Source: Alphaproteobacteria bacterium (GTDB lineage: Bacteria; Pseudomonadota; Alphaproteobacteria; UBA9219; RFNS01). Taken from it: a stretch of DNA of 42,754 bases. The DNA is taken from NCBI GenBank assembly GCA_017996055.1, contig JAGOHT010000001.1, positions 1 to 42,754 on the forward strand, in the 5' to 3' direction. The stretch's first letter is position 1. Each line of letters opens with the position of its first letter. A program made the translations under genes and the position numbers. The notes under the pieces are model-generated. The model searched no databases and had not been told where the DNA came from. It was given only the letters and a program-made list of their open reading frames with translations. Positions 9,254 to 17,709 of the stretch are shown in pieces.

Positions 9254-11905
9254 ATGCCCGCTCTGCTGCGCCCCGTCCAGGATTTCGCTCCACCCCGACC
9301 GGTGTTGCTCAAGGACTATCAGCCATCTGCGTTTCTGGTGACCGATGTCGCGTTGAAAATTGCCATTCATGACGATGCTACGACAGTGGACAGTACGCTG
9401 AGTTTCAAGCGCAATCCCAAGGCGAAAGGCAAGGCGCCTTTGCGGTTAGATGGTGTTGAACTTGAGCTGCTCAGCGTCAGCCTCAACGGCAAAGTACTGC
9501 CGCCAGACGCCTATAAGCGGACAGCCGAGCAAGTCATCATCCACGATTTACCGGCTCAGGGGACACTGACCATTGTCAATCGTATTCAGCCGCAACGGAA
9601 TACGGCGCTGTCGGGCTTTTATCTTTCCGGCGCGATGCTCACGACGCAATGCGAGGCAGAAGGTTTCCGCCGTATTACCTATTATCCCGACCGTCCCGAT
9701 ATTCTCGCGCGTTTCAAAGTGCGGATGGAGGCTGATGCCAAGCGCTATCCGGTTTTACTGGCGAACGGTAATTTGACGGCTAAAGGCAAGGCAAAAGACG
9801 GTCGGCATTGGGTTGAATGGGAAGACCCCTATCCCAAGCCCTGCTATCTCTTCGCCATGGTGGCTGGTGACCTGGAACGCGTGCGAGACAGCTTCACGAC
9901 CAAATCAGGCCGGAAAATTCTGCTGGAGATGTATGTTGAAGCCGGAAATACTGATCAAGTCGGGATTGCTCTGCAATCCTTGAAGGCGGCGATGAAGTGG
10001 GATGAAGAGGCCTATAATCTCGAATATGATCTCGACCGCTTTATGATTGTCGCCACCAGCTTTTTCAATATGGGGGCGATGGAGAATAAGGGGCTCAATA
10101 TTTTCAACTCTGATTGCGTGCTGGCGCGGCCGGAAACTGCCACAGATGCTGATATCGCATTCGTCGAGCGGGTCGTAGGGCATGAATATTTCCACAACTG
10201 GACGGGCAACCGCATTACTTGTCGCGACTGGTTCCAGCTTAGCTTGAAAGAGGGGTTGACGGTTTTCCGCGAACAACAATTCGTCGAAGCGATGAACTCG
10301 CCGGCAGTGGAGCGGGTGCGCGAAACGCGCGGTCTGCGCGCCGCGCAGTTTGCTGAGGATGCCGGGCCGAATGCGCATCCGGTGCGCCCCAGCAGTTATC
10401 TCACCATCGATAATTTCTATACCGCGACTGTTTATAGCAAGGGTGCCGAAGTCTGCCGGATGCTGCACACGATTTTGGGCGACCGGCGCTGGCAGCGCGG
10501 CATGGCGCTCTATGTCGAGCGGCATGATGGCAGCGCTGCGACCTGCGACGATTTTGTCGCGGCGATGGCGGAGGCTAATCGTGTTGACCTGAGCCAGTTC
10601 AAACTCTGGTATAGCCAGGCGGGCACGCCCGTGCTGAAGGTCACGAGCAAATACAACGCCAAGCAACAGACCTATCAGCTGCAAATCAAGCAAAGCTGTC
10701 CGCCAACGCCAGGGCAAAGCAAAAAACTGCCGCTGCATATTCCGTTTGCCATCGGTCTGCTTGATGCCGAAGGTCGTGACCTCATCGGCACCGAAATTCT
10801 ACAGCTGCATAAGCCCACAGAAACTTTCACCTTTAAGCATATCGAAAATTCGCCGGTGCCGTCGCTGTTGCGGAACTTCTCCTCGCCCGTGCGTGTTGTC
10901 TATGATTATACGGAGCAAGACCTGCTCTTCTTGCTGGCGCATGAGCATGACAGCTTCAGCCGCTGGGACGCCGGCCAGACGTTGTTCAATCGAGTCTTGC
11001 TGCGGCTGGTTGCCGCTGCGGCGGCCAAGCGCAAGTTGGTGGCCCCTAAAGCCTTCATCGCGGCGCTGGGGCCGATTATCGCGCAGAGTGCGCATGATCC
11101 GGCCTATGCCGCGCTCATGCTGCAAATTCCGAGCGAGCAGGAAATCGCGCTGGCGCTCGCGCATCAAGGCAAAAAGGTCGATGTCGATGCTGTGCACAGG
11201 GCGCGGGAATTTCTGCGCCAGGCGATCGGCAAGACGCATCATGACGCTTTTGCAGTGTGCTGGCGGGCGCTCAAGCCCGATCCCTATGCCTTTAATGGCG
11301 TGGCGATGGGGCAGCGGAGCCTGAAAAATCTTTGCCTAGCCTATATGGTGGGCAGCGGTGAACACTCAGCTTTGGCCGAAGCGGCGGTGCAGGTGCGCCA
11401 GTCCCCCAATATGACCGACCAGATGATGGCGCTCGGCATACTGGTGCAAAGCGGTGATCCACTCAGCGGGCGCGCCCTCGATGATTTCTACGCCCGTTGG
11501 CATGATGATGAGCTGATTATCAATAAATGGTTCGCTGTGCAGGCGGCGGCAATGCGGCGCGATACGTTGGGCAAGGTCAAGGCTTTGCTCAAGCATCCAG
11601 ATTTTGACATTAAGAATCCCAATAAGGTGCGAGCGCTGCTCGGCACCTTCGTCCATGGCAATCCGTTTGCATTTCATGCGCCGAATGGTGGCGGTTACAA
11701 GCTGTTGGTGCAGCAGGTCAAGCGGATCGACAAGCTCAACCCACAGATGGCGGCGCGGTTGGTGCAGGCCCTCGACCGTTGGCGCTGTTATACGCCTAAG
11801 CAGCAAAAGCTGATGCAGGCGGCGCTTCGCGAAATCGTGGCGGTCAAGGGGCTTTCCACGAATTGTCTGGAGCTGGCGAGCAAGGCTCTGGCAGCGCTAA
11901 GCTAG
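9254..11905 (+). CDS. pepN: Aminopeptidase N (M1 family zinc metallopeptidase)
   Basis: It carries the GAMENKGLNIFN exopeptidase motif and HEYFHNWTGNR...LSLKEGLTVF (HExxH-18-E). The length is about 883 aa from the ATG at 9254 (MPALLRPVQDF...). The 47 codons upstream in the track ORF look non-coding (AT-rich, odd composition). Confidence 0.93.
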   Translation: MPALLRPVQDFAPPRPVLLKDYQPSAFLVTDVALKIAIHDDATTVDSTLSFKRNPKAKGKAPLRLDGVELELLSVSLNGKVLPPDAYKRTAEQVIIHDLPAQGTLTIVNRIQPQRNTALSGFYLSGAMLTTQCEAEGFRRITYYPDRPDILARFKVRMEADAKRYPVLLANGNLTAKGKAKDGRHWVEWEDPYPKPCYLFAMVAGDLERVRDSFTTKSGRKILLEMYVEAGNTDQVGIALQSLKAAMKWDEEAYNLEYDLDRFMIVATSFFNMGAMENKGLNIFNSDCVLARPETATDADIAFVERVVGHEYFHNWTGNRITCRDWFQLSLKEGLTVFREQQFVEAMNSPAVERVRETRGLRAAQFAEDAGPNAHPVRPSSYLTIDNFYTATVYSKGAEVCRMLHTILGDRRWQRGMALYVERHDGSAATCDDFVAAMAEANRVDLSQFKLWYSQAGTPVLKVTSKYNAKQQTYQLQIKQSCPPTPGQSKKLPLHIPFAIGLLDAEGRDLIGTEILQLHKPTETFTFKHIENSPVPSLLRNFSSPVRVVYDYTEQDLLFLLAHEHDSFSRWDAGQTLFNRVLLRLVAAAAAKRKLVAPKAFIAALGPIIAQSAHDPAYAALMLQIPSEQEIALALAHQGKKVDVDAVHRAREFLRQAIGKTHHDAFAVCWRALKPDPYAFNGVAMGQRSLKNLCLAYMVGSGEHSALAEAAVQVRQSPNMTDQMMALGILVQSGDPLSGRALDDFYARWHDDELIINKWFAVQAAAMRRDTLGKVKALLKHPDFDIKNPNKVRALLGTFVHGNPFAFHAPNGGGYKLLVQQVKRIDKLNPQMAARLVQALDRWRCYTPKQQKLMQAALREIVAVKGLSTNCLELASKALAALS

Positions 11906-11995
11906 GGATTATCGTGCTTTAACAGCGGAAGAGGCTTGCCAAATCAGATAGCTCCGCGCACACTTGGCATTATTTTTCGCGGAAAGGATAAGGCA

Positions 11996-12667
11996 ATGCG
12001 GCGTTTGGGAATTTTTGGGGCCATCGGTCTTTGTTTGTTGTCGGGGTTAGCAGTCGCTGGTGAGACGGTGGCGACAACTTCGCCGAGCGCCCCTGGACGT
12101 GCACCCCGCAGCGTCGATCTTAGCCCGCTGGTGATTGACGAGATGAACGGTGAGTTGGGTCAGTCCAACTGGCAGAACCAGCCGGATTTGCTTGGTTTCA
12201 GCGTCGGCCGCTTCGATGCCCTCCGTGATAATGACCGTACCAAGCGCGCGATTGATTTTCGTGCCGAATATCGCTCTGGACTCTCACTGCTGCCGCTTAT
12301 GGCTCCGCAGACCTTCAGCGGTTGGGACAAGACCTTCCAGATCCGGCCGATGGCGGGTATTGAGGGCACCACGGATGGCGCGCTTTATGGTTATGGCGGT
12401 TTTGTCTTTGATATTTTCTTGACCAAGAACATCTTCCTGTCGCCAAGCGAGGTTGTGGGTCTGTTTTATCGCGGCAATGGCAAGCGCCTGGGATCTTTTG
12501 TCGAATTCCGCTCGACGTTTGAGGCGGGTTACCGCTTTGACAATAATATGCGTCTCTCGGCTTCCTTGGGGCACATCTCCAACGCCGGCCTGACCTCCTA
12601 CAATCCGGGCACGGAAATCATCTCCGGCCATTTCTACATCCCGACAGACTGGATTTTCGGCAAATAG
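11996..12667 (+). CDS. Acyloxyacyl hydrolase / PagL-like outer-membrane lipid A deacylase
   Basis: Start at the ATG after GGAAAGGATAAGG. It has a signal peptide (MRRLGIFGAIGLCLLSGLAVA), a beta-barrel-like alternating pattern and a C-terminal LGHISNAGL (H-x-S-N-[AG] catalytic motif of PagL-type deacylases). Confidence 0.65.
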   Translation: MRRLGIFGAIGLCLLSGLAVAGETVATTSPSAPGRAPRSVDLSPLVIDEMNGELGQSNWQNQPDLLGFSVGRFDALRDNDRTKRAIDFRAEYRSGLSLLPLMAPQTFSGWDKTFQIRPMAGIEGTTDGALYGYGGFVFDIFLTKNIFLSPSEVVGLFYRGNGKRLGSFVEFRSTFEAGYRFDNNMRLSASLGHISNAGLTSYNPGTEIISGHFYIPTDWIFGK

Positions 12668-12689
12668 AGTAGATGAAACAGTCTGATGC

Positions 12690-12724
12690 TGCGGCGCTTG
12701 GCGACAAGCGCCGCAATCGTTTTA
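12690..12724 (+). terminator. Rho-independent terminator after the PagL-like gene
   Basis: Perfect 10 bp stem TGCGGCGCTT / AAGCGCCGCA with a 6 nt loop, followed by ATCGTTTT. Confidence 0.7.
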
Positions 12725-12797
12725 CAAGCCAGTAACGATAGGTGCGCTTAGGGCTTGATTCTGCAGCCCGGATAGCAAATAGTGCGGGCGCATTTTC

Positions 12798-13559
12798 ATG
12801 AACCGGCCCGCAATGAGCAACGCACACATTATTCTCCAGAATATCGTCGTCAATGGCGTCGATACGCAGGCGCGGGCACAGACCCTTCGACAGTGGTTTG
12901 TTGGCCGTAAGAGCCTGCGGCCGATTGCGATTCCGATTTTATCGGATGTAAGCCTGACGGTGCGTCCCGGTGACCGGCTGGGTATACTGGGGTTGAACGG
13001 TAGCGGTAAGTCATCCCTGCTCAAAGTGATTTCTGGCAATTACCCGATACAGAGTGGCACGCGCGATGTTGTTGGCAATGTCGTGCCGCTCATCGAAATG
13101 GGGGCGGGGTTTGATCCGGAGCTGCCAGGGCGGCGTAATATCAAAGTTTCATATGCTTACCGTGGACGCCTGCGGGAATACTCGACGGAGATGGAGCAAA
13201 AAATCATCGATTTCGCTGAACTCGGCGAGAAGATTGATTTGCCACTAAAAACCTATTCCACTGGTATGGCGTCGCGCTTGGCATTTGCCTCGGCGATTTT
13301 TCAGCAGCCAGATATTCTGCTGTTGGATGAAATTTTTGCCGCAGGCGATGCCAGCTTTGTTGAAAAATCTACGACCTATATGAAGAAAAAGTGGGAAGAG
13401 GCAGCGATTTCCATCATCGTCTCGCACGGCACTGGCGATATGGAGAAGTTGTGTAACCGCTGCATTATTATGGAGCGGGGTCGATTGATTGCCGATGGCG
13501 CGCCCGCCGCAATTGTCGCCGAGTATAAAAGGATGGCTCATGCCCACGCAGTCGCTTGA
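12798..13559 (+). CDS. wzt: Polysaccharide/O-antigen export ABC transporter, ATP-binding subunit (Wzt/KpsT/TagH type, NBD only)
   Basis: Walker A GLNGSGKSSLLK, signature YSTGMASRLAFA, Walker B ILLLDE and an H-loop SH. At 253 aa there is no C-terminal extension. Confidence 0.85.
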   Translation: MNRPAMSNAHIILQNIVVNGVDTQARAQTLRQWFVGRKSLRPIAIPILSDVSLTVRPGDRLGILGLNGSGKSSLLKVISGNYPIQSGTRDVVGNVVPLIEMGAGFDPELPGRRNIKVSYAYRGRLREYSTEMEQKIIDFAELGEKIDLPLKTYSTGMASRLAFASAIFQQPDILLLDEIFAAGDASFVEKSTTYMKKKWEEAAISIIVSHGTGDMEKLCNRCIIMERGRLIADGAPAAIVAEYKRMAHAHAVA

Positions 13560-14379
13560 TATCGCGCGCCCAGGTCTCGGAGCGATGCTGATTGATCTTG
13601 TTCGCCCTTTCGGGCGTTTCGCTGACAAGTATTATTTTCTGACAGCAGTCATCATCGCGCAAAATAGCGTGACGCGCCAGTATCGGGACTCATTCCTCGG
13701 AATCATCTGGACGGTATTGCAGCCTGCAGTGCAGATCATTATCTACTCGATGATTTTTGCCCGCATCATGCGGTTTCCGGTTGAGAACTACGTTCTCTAT
13801 CTCATTGGATCGCTACTAGTGTGGCAGATGATATCCGGGGTGCTAATTGGCGCCTGTAATTCGCTGATTGTCCAGGCTGAGACCCTTAAGCGTTGTATGG
13901 TTTCGTTCACAGTCTTTCCGGTCGCGGACGTCATGCGCGCTCTCTATACCTATACTATCTCTTTCGGGGTCATGTACGGTTATGCCCTGATTTTTTTGGT
14001 ACCGTTCAACCCGATGATACTTATGTTGCCGGTGTTTTTGGTACCGATCATCATTGGGGTCACGGCCCTGGCTATAGCACTAGCTTTTGCTTCACCTTAC
14101 GTGCGCGATATCGGCGATGTCATGACTGTGGTGCTCAACGTCGCATTCTGGCTGACACCAATTCTTTATCCGATTAGTGCTATGCCGGAAGATGTTCGCC
14201 CGTTGTTCGAGTTCAACCCGTTTTACATCATGATCCGCCCCATCAATATGGTCGTACATGATGGGATTATGCCTGATGCTTACGCGATATTGACGCAAAT
14301 TGGTGTTTCCGTAGTTGCGGTCGGCCTTTCGTATATTGTCTACCGCATCTGCCGTAAGAATTTCGTGTACTATCTATGA
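13540..14379 (+). CDS. wzm: ABC-2 type polysaccharide export permease (Wzm/KpsM type)
   Basis: Six-TM hydrophobic profile with the N-terminal motif YRDSFLGIIWTVLQP typical of ABC-2 permeases. Start placed at the ATG at 13540, a 20 nt overlap with wzt. The track start at 13489 is less likely. Confidence 0.8.
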   Translation: MPTQSLDIARPGLGAMLIDLVRPFGRFADKYYFLTAVIIAQNSVTRQYRDSFLGIIWTVLQPAVQIIIYSMIFARIMRFPVENYVLYLIGSLLVWQMISGVLIGACNSLIVQAETLKRCMVSFTVFPVADVMRALYTYTISFGVMYGYALIFLVPFNPMILMLPVFLVPIIIGVTALAIALAFASPYVRDIGDVMTVVLNVAFWLTPILYPISAMPEDVRPLFEFNPFYIMIRPINMVVHDGIMPDAYAILTQIGVSVVAVGLSYIVYRICRKNFVYYL

Positions 14380-15941
14380 CCGATGCGCGGCTGCAAAAGG
14401 ACACCTCCCTCACGGTAGGGGTCTATCTAGTATTAAGTCTCAATCAGAAGCTGCTGGGTGAGGGGATTGCCCGGCTGCTGGCGATTACGATTGAAAAGCT
14501 GGGCAAACGCGGCACTCGTTTTGTTATTTTTGCGCTGCCGTGGTCAGTCCATGAAATTGAGGATTATCTCACCGAGTATGGAATTCATGACTATGTCACG
14601 GTGGACTATTTTCCGCACAAGACACCCCTAATTTTCGCACTTTGGAAGCGGCTTATTCAACGGAAAACCGCGCAAAAAACAGATATTCACCGGAGAGACA
14701 ATTGGTCGCGTTGGGAAGAATCATTGCTGGCGCAGCACCCTTTTTTGGCGTTGATCTGCGGTCTGGTTATCAAGACTGTTCAATATCTCGCACGACTGAT
14801 CGGCTATGTTCCTGGGAAGATATTGAGTTGGTTCTGTAAGCGTTTTAAGGGGCAGCTAACACAAGTTCGACAAAGATATTATGAGATTGTTTCAGAACAG
14901 TATGCGACGGCGCTTGCTGAGCGCTTGTCATGCTCGGCAGTAGACTGTGCATATGTTCCAAACCTGGCCTCGCCGTATGCAAAGCATATTACCAAGCCAA
15001 TGGTCGTCTCTTTCCCGGATTATGTCACGCGCGAATATCCCGAACTCTTTGATCGTACGTGGATGTATCTGGCACGTAGGAATGCCATGGCTGTCTTGGC
15101 TCGGGCTGCGGCGACAGTGTCTTTTTGCGAATATGTCAGGCGACATCATGCCGTTGAGTATTGTTTGGTGCCACAAGAGCGCGCGTTTCTAATTCATCAT
15201 GGCCCGTTCCCGGTGGACTCTTATATCCATGATAGCGAAGGGAAGCTGCTCAGTCCTGCGTCGTGCGCCGGGCTTCTGCATGATTATGTCGTGCAACGCT
15301 ACAATCGCGAGAACTTTTCTCATGAGTTCGATGCCTATTATGCTATGGCGTTACCACAATGGGATTTTATGGCGCAGCGCTATATTATGCTCTCGACGCA
15401 AAACCGGCCTTATAAAAATGTGTTACGGGTTATTCGTGCCGTGCATTTGCTCAATCGTAAGGACGGCCTCAATCTTAAAATCATCATGACTGGCGCCCCG
15501 ACAGAAGAAATTGCACGTTATATTCATAAGCATTATCTCTACGAAGATGTGATCGCGATAACGCGCGTTTCAGAGAAAATCCATTCAGCACTTTTCCGTT
15601 GTGCAGCTTTAGCGATTCAGCCCTCACTTTTTGAGGGTGGGTTCACTGCCACTTTGTCGCAGGCTGTTTCGGTCGGCGTGCCCGTTCTGCTCTCACGCAT
15701 GCATGCGCATATTGAACGTTTGCCTTATGAAGGGAATGAAGAAACCTATTTCGCCCCACAATCGACCAGGGAATTAGCCAAAAAAATCCTCTGGGCCTTA
15801 GAGAATCGCACAGAACTGCTGATGAAGCAGGAAAAAATCTATCATCAACTTGCGCAGCGCTCTTGGGACAACGTTGCGGACGATTACGATCGTGTATTCC
15901 GTTTTGCTATCCAGAACCAGCGTGACGTGATTACGGCTTGA
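14376..15941 (+). CDS. GT-B fold glycosyltransferase (family 1/4-like), 521 aa
   Basis: ATGA overlap with wzm. The C-terminal domain has LFRCAALAIQPSLFEGGFTATLSQAVSVGVPVLLSR (E-x7-E type GT4 motif). The N-terminal half matches no motif I recognise. Confidence 0.7.
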   Translation: MTDARLQKDTSLTVGVYLVLSLNQKLLGEGIARLLAITIEKLGKRGTRFVIFALPWSVHEIEDYLTEYGIHDYVTVDYFPHKTPLIFALWKRLIQRKTAQKTDIHRRDNWSRWEESLLAQHPFLALICGLVIKTVQYLARLIGYVPGKILSWFCKRFKGQLTQVRQRYYEIVSEQYATALAERLSCSAVDCAYVPNLASPYAKHITKPMVVSFPDYVTREYPELFDRTWMYLARRNAMAVLARAAATVSFCEYVRRHHAVEYCLVPQERAFLIHHGPFPVDSYIHDSEGKLLSPASCAGLLHDYVVQRYNRENFSHEFDAYYAMALPQWDFMAQRYIMLSTQNRPYKNVLRVIRAVHLLNRKDGLNLKIIMTGAPTEEIARYIHKHYLYEDVIAITRVSEKIHSALFRCAALAIQPSLFEGGFTATLSQAVSVGVPVLLSRMHAHIERLPYEGNEETYFAPQSTRELAKKILWALENRTELLMKQEKIYHQLAQRSWDNVADDYDRVFRFAIQNQRDVITA

Positions 15942-16017
15942 GAGCCAGAGTGGTGTGCTGCTTCAGAGATAAGCGTTCGGCGAGCCGCTATCCCAGCCGG
16001 CGCGTCGGGATCTCAAT

Positions 16018-17088
16018 TCAAGTGTGCAAGAAACTGCTGAGCAGCATGTCCGCGGCCGTCGTGGCGAAGGATAGCGGGCCAGGCCGGAATGAATTGCTCT
16101 CCGGCAATCCGGATGATCCTATAGCCGAGTAAGCCGTAAAAGACATAAAAAGGGTAGCTGATATCGGACATGAAGATTGCGAGCCGAAAACTTTGCCAGT
16201 GCTGCGCCTGAGTCGCCGCTGCGCGAAGACGGTGAGCGCTGTACCGTAGCTCCAGAATTTATAAAAGCTACCGTTGTAGACACTCCCGTGCCAGACGAGG
16301 GATAGGGCAAGAACAAACACGATGACGAGGCCGTAGAATGCTGCGTCTTTATCCTGCCCTAATGCCAATAGCTAAATGTGAGCCCGATGAACATGAAGAG
16401 AATGAGCATGCCCATGAGGGTGATGAGCCAACCTGCTTTGCAAACAAATGGTGGATGGCTGACCAGATAAGGCATCGCCGTGTTGATTCCGAGCAGGCAG
16501 AGCAGTATGATTGCCAGTGTTGCGAGAACTACCTTACTGATGCCGCCCAGCAACCATATCGCCATAAGTGCGCATACGACCTAGAAATGCACTTCAACTT
16601 CCAGTGTCCAAATTAGTCGTCGATGCACTTTCTGCCGATGAGGTCGTGCGGCTCTGCAAATGCACGGGCAATTCGTTGGCACTATAGGAAAATGGGCTGT
16701 CGAAGCTTCAGCTGCTCAGCGCGAAAGCCAGCATCGTGATGCAAAACACCGCGCAATAAACTAGATAGATGCGCAGCACGCGGCCAAGTAGAAAGCCCTG
16801 CTAGCCAATTAATTGTGCGAGAAGAGGGTGACGAACCCGCTAATCAGGAAAAAGAGCGTGACACCGAACGCTCCCATTTCGGTGAGGGGAGCCAAATCAA
16901 GCGTCGCAATAGTCGACGGCCTTGAATATTGCTCTAGTTGCAGTAGGACAGCATTGGCATAAGGTGCTCGATTTCGCGCCGCTGCCAAAAGGCACCGAAG
17001 TAGCCGAAGTCAGCGCGCTAAAAGCGGCAAAGCCTCACAGATCATTTGCAAAGGCGATTTTTGGTGTGTTGGCTACGACAGGCTGCAT
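16018..17088 (-). pseudogene. Decayed acyltransferase-3 family (OafA/YrhL-like O-acetyltransferase) gene
   Basis: Minus-strand fragments in different frames carry the family hallmarks. KIAFANDL-TGA-GFAAFSAL has its stop at 17035-17037. GAFGVTLFFLISGFVTLFSHN-TAA has its stop at 16809-16811. LGRVLRIYLVYCAVFCITMLAF follows. LIWTLEVEVHF-TAG-VVCALMAIWLLGG has its stop at 16581-16583, where the family has FY. Hydrophobic TM fragments continue in ORFs 16359-16565 and 16018-16368. Confidence 0.8.
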
Positions 17089-17115
17089 AAAGCGTGTCCG
17101 CGTCCGGCGTGGCCC

Positions 17116-17703
17116 TCAATAGCCATGACGGTCAATAAGCTCTTGTTCCATGCGCAGGATGATTGCTGACGGGCGAACCTTTTTGGCGCGTGCCGGAGCA
17201 CCGGCATAGATTGTCCAAGGGTCAAGGTCGCCGTTGACTAGGCTGGCCGCGCCGATGGCAACCCCATCCCCAATCACGCTGTCGGCGAGAATAACCGTAT
17301 TGCAGCCGACGATGACATGTTTGCCGAGGGTCAGGGTGCCGCGCTTCACTGCTCGAAACTCAGGGGGTACACAAGGATTGGTCATGGCATTGCCATGAAA
17401 ATCGTCGGTGCCAGTCACTAGACGGCAGCCGCTGGAAAGCCCGGCATAGTCTTGCAAGATACAGGTGCCGCCGCCCAGGATGCTGCTGTGGCAGCCGATA
17501 TGGACGCGATTGCCGATATGCAGCTGCTGTCCGGCGATGATGTGCACATGGTCGTCAATCTGGCAGCCATGCCCCAAGTGCACATGCGCGGGATTGACGA
17601 TGATGCTGTGGCGGAAAACTTTGACGTTGCGGCCAATGAAGCCGAAGCCCAGGGCTTCAAGTTCGTCGATGGAGAAATAGGGGGGCTGCGCCTCGGCCAT
17701 CAC
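17116..17703 (-). CDS. Hexapeptide-repeat (left-handed beta-helix) acyltransferase, WbbJ/LacA/WbdR-like; candidate sugar N- or O-acetyltransferase
   Basis: 195 aa with imperfect hexapeptide repeats (HIGNRVHIGCHSSILGG; VIVGCNTVILADSVIGDGVAIGAASLV). It lies immediately downstream of the aminotransferase on the same strand. Confidence 0.75.
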   Translation of the reverse strand: MMAEAQPPYFSIDELEALGFGFIGRNVKVFRHSIIVNPAHVHLGHGCQIDDHVHIIAGQQLHIGNRVHIGCHSSILGGGTCILQDYAGLSSGCRLVTGTDDFHGNAMTNPCVPPEFRAVKRGTLTLGKHVIVGCNTVILADSVIGDGVAIGAASLVNGDLDPWTIYAGAPARAKKVRPSAIILRMEQELIDRHGY

Positions 17704-17709
17704 GGGACC

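Noticed and set aside
9905-10738. 277 aa minus-strand ORF inside pepN. The same reasoning applies to 4080-4892(-), 17725-18564(+) and 19162-19824(+) inside other strong genes.
   Set aside because: All are antisense to genes with diagnostic motifs (HExxH/GAMEN, A2M body, DegT, Gmd) and have no motifs of their own.
15942-17115. Plus-strand small ORFs (15938-16132, 16338-16616, 16922-17122) in the gap between the GT gene and the acetyltransferase gene
   Set aside because: The region is explained better by the minus-strand acyltransferase-3 pseudogene. The plus-strand ORFs have no motifs and odd composition.
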